Shown here: piece by piece, positions 26,047 to 32,167 of the stretch
Layout of the letters: each line of letters starts with the position of its first letter
Numbering within the stretch: position 1 is the first letter of the stretch
Source of the DNA: a virus
Length of the DNA: 41,262 nt
IMG/VR virus record: IMGVR_UViG_3300017691_000003
Location: 1 to 41,262 of that record
Strand: one strand, 5' to 3'
The notes under the pieces: model-generated
The model's database searches: none
Seen by the model: the letters and a program-made list of their open reading frames with translations, nothing else
Told to the model about the DNA's origin: nothing
Made by a program: the position numbers and the translations under genes

Positions 26047-26290
26047 CGGACTTCTCCCGACGAGCAAGCATGGCATCGGCAACAATATACGCCACCGAAG
26101 AGACCGGGCCTTCAATCCCATCGGCACAACCGCCGTTAGCATGGACTTGAATAATTAGCGCTGGAATTGCCTGACCCGCGAACCAGTCACGGAGAGTCAT
26201 TCCATACTCGGGTTCCATGCCCCACGTATTATTACCGGTGTTCGAAAACGCGTACGGGTTGTCGGGCTTGGTCGTTGTGCTATCAGTCAT
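26039..26290 (-). CDS. Hypothetical protein (GMTLRDWFAGQAIPALI motif, common small phage protein)
   Basis: 83 aa. Start ATG 26290 has AGGAGG 8 nt upstream. Confidence 0.55.
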   Translation of the reverse strand: MTDSTTTKPDNPYAFSNTGNNTWGMEPEYGMTLRDWFAGQAIPALIIQVHANGGCADGIEGPVSSVAYIVADAMLARREKSDD

Positions 26291-26305
26291 GTCAGCGGCC
26301 TCCTT

Positions 26306-26355
26306 TGCCGTTAGATGCCGGGATCGAGCGGGCTTCAATACGCTCTCCCGGCATC
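26306..26355 (-). promoter_or_regulatory. Two-tier hairpin plus UCUAACGGCA element (copy on the minus strand)
   Basis: Minus strand: GATGCCGGGA-GAGCG-tattgaagcc-CGCTC-ga-TCCCGGCATC-TAACGGCA, then AAGGAGG and ATG 26290. Same architecture and 3' flank as 39191..39242. Confidence 0.6.
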
Positions 26356-26356
26356 G

Positions 26357-26464
26357 TTAAACTAGGTGCGGGGTCATCTCTACCGGTTCCCGCTTCCAAC
26401 CCCGGACAGCCCCTTTCGGCTTAGCTGCGTCGGAATGCCTCTTCACAACTTCGATGCCGGTCAT
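26357..26464 (-). CDS. 35-aa micro-ORF
   Basis: MTGIEVVKRHSDAAKPKGAVRGWKREPVEMTPHLV*, the C-terminal part of track ORF 26357..26629. The longer version overlaps the better-supported ORF 26538..26708. Confidence 0.3.
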   Translation of the reverse strand: MTGIEVVKRHSDAAKPKGAVRGWKREPVEMTPHLV

Positions 26465-26537
26465 GACTCCAGCTGTCAGGGCATGTGACGCCCGAGACCG
26501 CACTATGCGCTTGGTTTCGTCAGGGTGCAAACGGTTT

Positions 26538-26708
26538 TCACGCCCGCCGAAACTCACTGATGTCGTGCAGCCAGCCCCGCTTCTCCCACACAAGCTGACC
26601 GATGCCGTAGGGTCGAAGCGACTCGCCACCTCCTGCCCATCGTACGATTACCTGGGTATCGGCGGGCCACTTGGACGGCGGCCGACCGGGATTGTCGAAC
26701 CACGTCAC
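26538..26708 (-). CDS. 56-aa ORF
   Basis: (GTG)MTWFDNPGRPPSKWPADTQVIVRWAGGGESLRPYGIGQLVWEKRGWLHDISEFRRA*. GTGA junction upstream. Confidence 0.4.
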   Translation of the reverse strand: MTWFDNPGRPPSKWPADTQVIVRWAGGGESLRPYGIGQLVWEKRGWLHDISEFRRA

Positions 26709-26830
26709 CGCTTAACCCTATAGACTTCATCAAACGGTTTTGTACCGCGCCGCTTACATTCGCGTTCGTATGCAGCCCGCTTATCCGCAAGAGAAAGATC
26801 AGGCCTAGCCATAACCTGCGTCCAGTCCAT
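26705..26830 (-). CDS. 41-aa ORF
   Basis: MDWTQVMARPDLSLADKRAAYERECKRRGTKPFDEVYRVKR*. TAATG junction upstream and GTGA downstream. Confidence 0.4.
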   Translation of the reverse strand: MDWTQVMARPDLSLADKRAAYERECKRRGTKPFDEVYRVKR

Positions 26831-26958
26831 TACCACGTCTCTCGATAGCTAGCTGTCATGCGCCAGTATTCCTCTTTCAGCCGCTCCAACGAACGTCGAG
26901 GCGGAGGAAAGCGAGGCTTATCCCACGGTATCCAACGGCCATCCCGTCTGTCCTTCAC
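26830..26958 (-). CDS. 42-aa ORF
   Basis: (GTG)MKDRRDGRWIPWDKPRFPPPRRSLERLKEEYWRMTASYRETW*. GTGA junction with the upstream gene. Confidence 0.4.
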   Translation of the reverse strand: MKDRRDGRWIPWDKPRFPPPRRSLERLKEEYWRMTASYRETW

Positions 26959-27266
26959 CGCAACACCGCCTGGACCAGCCTAGCCCCGTCGAGCAGCAGC
27001 TGTAGCGATCCACGCAACCGCATCAGCTTGCTCATCGGCTCACCACTGACAACCGCCAGCGACGCCATCCGATTCACGTCGGACAACACGCCTAGCAGGT
27101 GATCGCTGCCCCTCGACATACCTACCGCTGCCTCGTCACGGATGCGGGCGAGGTCGCAACGCACCTGCATCTCGGCTTCCGTGATGTTCGGACAGTGCAT
27201 GCTGATCGTGTGGGCGTAGGCGCGCTGTTCGACGGTCGGGCCTTTGGGTACGTGCCGCTTCGTCAT
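26955..27266 (-). CDS. Hypothetical protein
   Basis: 103 aa. Start ATG 27266 forms ATGA with the helicase stop. Confidence 0.55.
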   Translation of the reverse strand: MTKRHVPKGPTVEQRAYAHTISMHCPNITEAEMQVRCDLARIRDEAAVGMSRGSDHLLGVLSDVNRMASLAVVSGEPMSKLMRLRGSLQLLLDGARLVQAVLR

Positions 27267-28726
27267 GCGACCTTGCGTCCTTTGCCCTTCGCCCAACGTA
27301 TATCCTTGGCGCGAATCCACTGCATCGTCTCAGGCGAGGGCGTGACCGGTACGTGCGACAAGCCCTGCGGCCATACCTTAAAACGGTCCCTATAAGAATG
27401 ATTTACCCAGCCGTCTGACCGCTTCCTCGCCAGCGCCACATGCTTCAGCTCACTGAAGAACCGTTGCTTGTCCGCCATCGTAGGCTCCAGCTTCTTCGGC
27501 CCCTTCTTCTCCCCATCAACCAGTACGAGCGAACCGGCGGCTTCCTCCATATCGCTATGGCGCTTGTTCTCAAAACCACAGGCAGGGCACTGCTTTACCC
27601 CAGCGGGCTTCACAGCGGAGCAGCGCGGGCACCCCTTGGGAATGGACGCGGCCTCCGCTTGGGACTGTTGCGCCTCGCCCTTCTTCGAACAGTCGAGCGT
27701 GTCGCAGCGGATGTCGATCGGCAACCCGAGGCGCAGGATGTTGTCGCTATGGTCGAGCACGATCGAAGTGGGCCATTCGGAAAACGGGCGCAGTCTCCCC
27801 AGCTTCTGAACGTGCCGCATCCGGCTTTTCGTGGGCTGCGCGTCAACGATCGTGCCGAACTTCCAGTCCACCCCCTTAATCATCGTGCCGACCGCACACA
27901 CGACCATGATCTCCCCGGCGTCGAGCTGGCGGCGGATGGCCTTGCGCTCGATCACCGGGGTGTCACCCGAAATGAACGCTGCCGGGATCGCCGCGCGCTC
28001 GAACCGCTCCCGCATCGTCTCGGCATGAGCGAGGTCTACGCAGAAGCACAGCGTGGGCCGGTTCATCCCCATGTGACTCCACGTCTGTACCACGTCAGCG
28101 ACCAGCTTCTCGCCTCGCATGACCTGAGACAAGGCGGTGTCGTCGTACTCGCCAGCGCGGACCTTGACGCCGGTTAGGTCGGGATGACCGGGCGCGTAGG
28201 CTTCGAGCCGGGCGACGTAACCAAGGTCAGTAAGCTCGGCGATGCTGGCGGGCTGGATCAGGTCGTCAAACACTAACCCCATACCCTTAGCCCAAGGCGT
28301 AGCAGACAAGCCGATGAACGGGGCGGCGCTACCTTCGACCAAGGTGTGATGCGCCTTGTAGAGCGTGTGGCACTCGTCAATGATGCACAGATCGAACGCC
28401 GGGCAATCGCGACGGGCCAGTGTCTGTACCGACGCCACCTGTATCGGCTTGGACGCGTCGGTCATCGGGTGATCGGCCTGAATGACCCCGATCCCATGCA
28501 AGCCCTCGGCGTACAGCGCGTTGACGGTCTGGTCGATTAATTCCACGGCATCGACAACGAAGAGAATGCGCTTACCCTTGGCGATGGCGTTGTCGATGAT
28601 CTTGGCGGCTATGAGGGTCTTACCTGCCCCCGTTGGTAACCTGAGTACCGGGCGGCGCTTGCCTGAGCGAAGCGACTGGCGGAGCTGGTCTATCGCCTTG
28701 GTTTGATGGGGGCGAAGAGTTTTCAT
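27263..28726 (-). CDS. SF2 DEAD/DEAH-box helicase with C-terminal zinc ribbon
   Basis: Walker A LRLPTGAGKT, motif II IIDECH, motif III LSATP, CPRCSAVKPAGVKQCPACGF, and a basic W-rich C-terminal tail. Confidence 0.85.
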   Translation of the reverse strand: MKTLRPHQTKAIDQLRQSLRSGKRRPVLRLPTGAGKTLIAAKIIDNAIAKGKRILFVVDAVELIDQTVNALYAEGLHGIGVIQADHPMTDASKPIQVASVQTLARRDCPAFDLCIIDECHTLYKAHHTLVEGSAAPFIGLSATPWAKGMGLVFDDLIQPASIAELTDLGYVARLEAYAPGHPDLTGVKVRAGEYDDTALSQVMRGEKLVADVVQTWSHMGMNRPTLCFCVDLAHAETMRERFERAAIPAAFISGDTPVIERKAIRRQLDAGEIMVVCAVGTMIKGVDWKFGTIVDAQPTKSRMRHVQKLGRLRPFSEWPTSIVLDHSDNILRLGLPIDIRCDTLDCSKKGEAQQSQAEAASIPKGCPRCSAVKPAGVKQCPACGFENKRHSDMEEAAGSLVLVDGEKKGPKKLEPTMADKQRFFSELKHVALARKRSDGWVNHSYRDRFKVWPQGLSHVPVTPSPETMQWIRAKDIRWAKGKGRKVA

Positions 28727-29643
28727 GACAGCGCTTCAGCAAACAAGCCGCTCTGCCGATCGTAGAAATGATCCTCCGCCTTTGGCTTGGTCGCGCTCGG
28801 ATTGTATTCGGCCCAAGGCGTCGATCTCCAGCGATGCGTGTTGGTCCACCGCTGCATCTGGCGGAGACGCTGCCCGCTGCCCCAATCGTGGCGGACCCAC
28901 GGATCGCGCGTCGGGGCGTTCAGCTTCATGATCGGCTGGGCGTACGGCTCGCCGCCCCACTCGATGACCTCCAGAACGCGGGCGAGACAGTCCGCTTCCG
29001 GCTCGTTGCCGATAAGCACGTAGACCTGTATCTTCCGGCTTGGAACGCCTCGGTCGCGGAGCATCTTGCAGACGCGACGCACGTCCTCGCGCTCCTTCGT
29101 CTCGTCATAGGCGAAGCGCCACACGCCCTCGTTGATCGGTGCCCAACGCTCGTAGACCTCGCCGTCGAACGTCGCCGGTTCGAAGCCGCTGTTGGCGTCG
29201 AGCAACGGGACGCCGGCGTGACGGTAGCGATCGATAATGTGGCGCTGGTACTCGGCCGGGAGCGCCGACAGGTTGTTGTCGGTCAGAACCGGCCGAACTG
29301 GGAAGTCGGGCAGGTAGGTGAAGGCGCGGCCTTCCATCGCCGGGACGATGCAGAAAGAACAGCCGACCGGACATCCTCGGCTCGCCGTCGTCGCCATCGG
29401 GTTGTGTCGGCGGATTGCGTCGGGCACGTCGCCGCCCAGCGTGGCGACCTTCTCAAGCATGGACCGTCCACGAAAAAGCGCGGGTCCACCTGCCCGAACT
29501 TGGTATCCCTCAGCACGAAGCATAGACGCACGGGCGAAAGCTTCATCCAGCTTCCAGGTAAAAACAACCGACAGGAACGCCGTTTCACCCTCGATCCATT
29601 CGGCTAGTCCCTTAGACCAGCTTCCTAGCGTATGCCCGCTCAT
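28723..29643 (-). CDS. Radical SAM enzyme (short, COG1032-like core with a truncated Rossmann-like N-terminal domain)
   Basis: ASRGCPVGCSFC contains the CX3CX2C cluster motif. DANSGFE matches the GGE-type SAM motif position. VYVLIGNEPEADC resembles fi.G.PgEt. The N-terminal part FLSVVF...QVRAGGPAL resembles the end of a B12-binding-like domain, but no DxHxxG is present. ATGA junctions at both ends. Confidence 0.75.
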   Translation of the reverse strand: MSGHTLGSWSKGLAEWIEGETAFLSVVFTWKLDEAFARASMLRAEGYQVRAGGPALFRGRSMLEKVATLGGDVPDAIRRHNPMATTASRGCPVGCSFCIVPAMEGRAFTYLPDFPVRPVLTDNNLSALPAEYQRHIIDRYRHAGVPLLDANSGFEPATFDGEVYERWAPINEGVWRFAYDETKEREDVRRVCKMLRDRGVPSRKIQVYVLIGNEPEADCLARVLEVIEWGGEPYAQPIMKLNAPTRDPWVRHDWGSGQRLRQMQRWTNTHRWRSTPWAEYNPSATKPKAEDHFYDRQSGLFAEALS

Positions 29644-30221
29644 GCCACTGCCTCCTGATCCCAAGCTATGTTCCGTGCGCCAAAATGCTGCCGTGGGATA
29701 GCTTTCGGCCTAACCGTCACGAATTCCCGCCACGATTCCCGTGATTCGAGCGATAGCGCCCTAGCGAAACCCTCGCGAAACCGGTCGCAACGTCCCCACA
29801 GACCGGAGAACCAGACCCATGACGGTGCAACCTTAGTCCCTTTGCTATATGCACCATCGCCATTTGTCCCCTTTTCTTCGCGCAGCAAACCGGGTGCGAA
29901 AGCATCGCGGATCGCCTTGCAATCGACGGCCATGCGCTTGCGATTTCCCCGGCCTACGCCACCGAACACCACGACGATAAACCCGCGCTCGACCAGCTTG
30001 GCAATGAGCCGTTTGACAGCCCGAACCGTGTAGCCGATCCCAGCCGCGATAGCCTCATAGCCTGGGGCGAGCGGAGCGCCCTTGCCCTCATGCCGCCACC
30101 AGCGCTCCATAAGCCACTTCATGGCCCGGTACTCGCCAATCGGTAAGTTGATGGCAATGAGGTTGCGGTAAAAGCGACGCTTGCTGGCGGTGATCGACAG
30201 CTTGAACGGCTGGCGGATCAC
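29640..30221 (-). CDS. Winged-helix protein, replication-initiator-like
   Basis: 193 aa. GYEAIAAGIGYTVRAVKRLIAKLVERGFIVVV is a wHTH pattern as in phage Rep/O-like or DnaD-like initiators. GTG 30221 forms GTGA with the upstream stop. The track N-terminal extension is rejected. Confidence 0.55.
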   Translation of the reverse strand: MIRQPFKLSITASKRRFYRNLIAINLPIGEYRAMKWLMERWWRHEGKGAPLAPGYEAIAAGIGYTVRAVKRLIAKLVERGFIVVVFGGVGRGNRKRMAVDCKAIRDAFAPGLLREEKGTNGDGAYSKGTKVAPSWVWFSGLWGRCDRFREGFARALSLESRESWREFVTVRPKAIPRQHFGARNIAWDQEAVA

Positions 30222-30604
30222 CGCCCCGCCTCGCGCTTCTTGGCCAATGCCGACTGGTAGCGCAGATAAGCGGAGACAATCGCTCGCGCTGGGTCGTCCG
30301 AATACCCATCGTAGCGGATTTGGGCTTTCGCGGCCGGACTCGACCCATAAACCGAGCAACCAACCCCAGTCAGCCTTCGCCAATCAAGCGGCCTAGGAAG
30401 CAACGCAAGGGCAGCGTCCATTGACTGCATGTACAGGGGTTCAAACTTCCACCCCATCTCGGCATTGATCTGGTCACCGAGTATCGCGTCGGCGTGTTCG
30501 GCCTCGTCAACGCGATCAGCCAGCAAAGCCAAACGCTCACTAGCAAGTGCGCTCTTGCAACTCGGACGGTTTTCGGGCATTACGCCATTGTCGGCGTCAG
30601 TCAT
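30218..30604 (-). CDS. Hypothetical protein (possibly phage ABA-sandwich/DUF2591-like)
   Basis: 128 aa. Start ATG 30604 has GGAGA 7 nt upstream. INAEMGWKFEP...AIVSAYLRY is a weak resemblance. Confidence 0.5.
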   Translation of the reverse strand: MTDADNGVMPENRPSCKSALASERLALLADRVDEAEHADAILGDQINAEMGWKFEPLYMQSMDAALALLPRPLDWRRLTGVGCSVYGSSPAAKAQIRYDGYSDDPARAIVSAYLRYQSALAKKREAGR

Positions 30605-30672
30605 GTCGTATTCTCCAACATCCGTGTTCTGACGACCCCAGGTGCTTCCAACACCCCGACCGCCCCGCATCA

Positions 30673-30700
30673 CCCCGGCTGACATGGAAGACAGCCGGGG
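30673..30700. repeat. Perfect 9-bp inverted repeat (CCCCGGCTG / CAGCCGGGG, 10-nt loop)
   Basis: Lies in the 111-nt gap between the SLOG gene stop and the replication block. Flanked by CCGC...GCGG that could extend the stem. No U-tract. Confidence 0.6.
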
Positions 30701-30715
30701 GAGCGGAAAACCTCT

Positions 30716-31081
30716 CTAGCCTACATCACCACCAGAGGCAAGCGTCACCGGCACGCCAGCAGCCTTAGCGCGGCGCACCATATCGGCCGTGCCGCGCCCA
30801 CCGGGAAACGCTACCACGAGATCGGGCTTGCCTTCGTCAATCATGCGCTGGTTCCGGATTGGACCCGCTCGATTACCGAAGCGTTTCCAGTCGGCTTCAT
30901 ACGTTTCGCACTCAGCATCGGTTATGTACGCATATGCCCGACCCGATGCGTCAGCACCTTTTGCCCCGCCCTCTATGATCGTTTCAATCGGCCGCATGCG
31001 TTCACCAGCAATTCCGCTGAGCACGGAGATCACCGCCTCCCGGTCATTGTAATCTCGACCGCCGCAAACCAAAACGCGCAT
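30716..31081 (-). CDS. SLOG-superfamily protein, DUF2493/YspA-like (copy 1)
   Basis: RVLVCGGRDY...IIEGGAKGAD...AGPIRNQRMIDEGKPDLVVAFPGGRGTADMVRRA. TGATG junction at 31081. Confidence 0.7.
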   Translation of the reverse strand: MRVLVCGGRDYNDREAVISVLSGIAGERMRPIETIIEGGAKGADASGRAYAYITDAECETYEADWKRFGNRAGPIRNQRMIDEGKPDLVVAFPGGRGTADMVRRAKAAGVPVTLASGGDVG

Positions 31082-31278
31082 CACTCACCCTCCATCAATG
31101 TGATTACCCGGTAGTACGGCCCATCCGCCTCGGCAAAACCCGCCGCCCAAGCATCGTATCGAGCGGCTTGGCTGACTGGCATCCAGGGATTGTCCTTGGC
31201 GTCCTTGCCCTCGCGTTCTGCCTGCCTGCCCCGGTCGAACTGACCAATCAGGGCGCGGTCGGATAGATGCTCAGTCAT
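31081..31278 (-). CDS. Rmf/CrpP-like small protein
   Basis: 65 aa. RGRQAEREGKDAKDNP...RYDAWAAGFAEA aligns by eye with E. coli RMF RGYQAGIAGRSKEMCP...RSQWLGGWREA. Confidence 0.45.
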   Translation of the reverse strand: MTEHLSDRALIGQFDRGRQAEREGKDAKDNPWMPVSQAARYDAWAAGFAEADGPYYRVITLMEGE

Positions 31279-31612
31279 TGGCGTAATCCAGCACAAACCT
31301 GCCTTCCGCACACCGCTCGGCGAATTGAACGCGCGGCTCTAGAAGGTCGCGGTCGTTGATCCTGCACGCATCCGCTACGCCGTCCTGATACGCCTTCATT
31401 GCTCCGACAACGCCATCCCTATCGGGCAACGGACCTCGCGGCTTCGGGTACACGGTCACAACCAAGCGGGAAAACGCAGCCGGGCGCGTGGTGTCAGCAA
31501 GCGTCGCAGCGTGCGCCCATTCCCGATGCTTCTTCGTCTCTCGGCCTTTGCCGCCCCAATGACCCCTGCCGTTCGGCCACAGGATTTTAGCAGGATAGGG
31601 CAGCTCGATCAC
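31271..31612 (-). CDS. rusA: RusA-family Holliday-junction resolvase
   Basis: 113 aa. LPYPAKILWPNGRGHW... and PDRDGVVGAMKAYQDGVADA match the RusA D.DN..K...D pattern. GTGA junction upstream. Confidence 0.65.
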   Translation of the reverse strand: MIELPYPAKILWPNGRGHWGGKGRETKKHREWAHAATLADTTRPAAFSRLVVTVYPKPRGPLPDRDGVVGAMKAYQDGVADACRINDRDLLEPRVQFAERCAEGRFVLDYAND

Positions 31613-31758
31613 CGCCCCTCATCCTTTCGACGCTGCCGCAATTCGTCAGCCTTGTCCGCCATCCGCTCGACGTAATCGCGTGTGACCTGTTCGGGGTCGC
31701 AGCTGCGTCCGTCGCGCTGGTTCTGCTCCATCTGTTCAAACCACCAATCGGGGGCCAT
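31609..31758 (-). CDS. 49-aa ORF
   Basis: MAPDWWFEQMEQNQRDGRSCDPEQVTRDYVERMADKADELRQRRKDEGR*. AGGAGA 6 nt upstream. TAATG junction upstream and GTGA downstream. Confidence 0.5.
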   Translation of the reverse strand: MAPDWWFEQMEQNQRDGRSCDPEQVTRDYVERMADKADELRQRRKDEGR

Positions 31759-31949
31759 TATCGTTCTCCTCTACGTCTAGCCTTGGACTCTCGCTCCAGC
31801 CTTCGCTGGCATAGCAGGCACCGCGAACGCCCAGCAGCTACCCGGCTATTGCTAGCGGTGCGCTCATGTCCGCAGGGGTAGAACCGGTTGGTCCCTTCCA
31901 TGCGGACGGTGCGGTTTCGCAGGCCATCGTCGGCAATGAGGGGTTTCAT
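31758..31949 (-). CDS. Small Cys/His zinc-finger-like protein
   Basis: 63 aa. FYPCGHERT...RSRCLLCQRR. ATGA junction upstream. Confidence 0.5.
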   Translation of the reverse strand: MKPLIADDGLRNRTVRMEGTNRFYPCGHERTASNSRVAAGRSRCLLCQRRLERESKARRRGER

Positions 31950-32167
31950 GCGGGAACCGGCGAAGCAGGTAGAGGCATCCAATGCGTAGGTTGATTGTCA
32001 GGTCCGCAATCTCGCCCGATATGGCACCCCGTCGTCATCCAACGCCGTCCGGTGCCCATGTCCACCTGCATGGCCCGATAGATTCCTTCGCCGTAGTGCT
32101 CGGCGTTTGGAATGAAGACCAGAACGCTGTCGTTTGTCGGTGCTGTATGGATCGGCTGCCACGTCAT
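31946..32167 (-). CDS. DUF551-like protein (copy 1)
   Basis: MTWQPIHTAPTNDSVLVF...PTHWMPLP. ATGA junction at 32167. Confidence 0.65.
   Translation of the reverse strand: MTWQPIHTAPTNDSVLVFIPNAEHYGEGIYRAMQVDMGTGRRWMTTGCHIGRDCGPDNQPTHWMPLPASPVPA

Noticed and set aside
26357-26790. Track ORFs 26357..26629(-), 26554..26790(-) and 26454..26723(+) as genes.
   Set aside because: They are mutually overlapping with implausible products. A third minus-strand frame gives a chain of short, junction-coupled ORFs that explains the region better.
29640-30383. N-terminal extensions of several track ORFs: 29640..30383, 28723..29664, 32164..32799, 30218..30685, 12306..12797, 25492..26142, 26039..26338, 34510..35178, 35075..35779, 36388..36684, 37529..38281, 38588..38992, 38740..39156, 40168..40647, 20236..22470 and 2930..4297.
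   Set aside because: The extensions overlap the upstream gene by tens of nucleotides and read as non-protein-like sequence. Internal ATG/GTG codons sit exactly on ATGA/GTGA/TAATG junctions or behind good SDs, so I used those.
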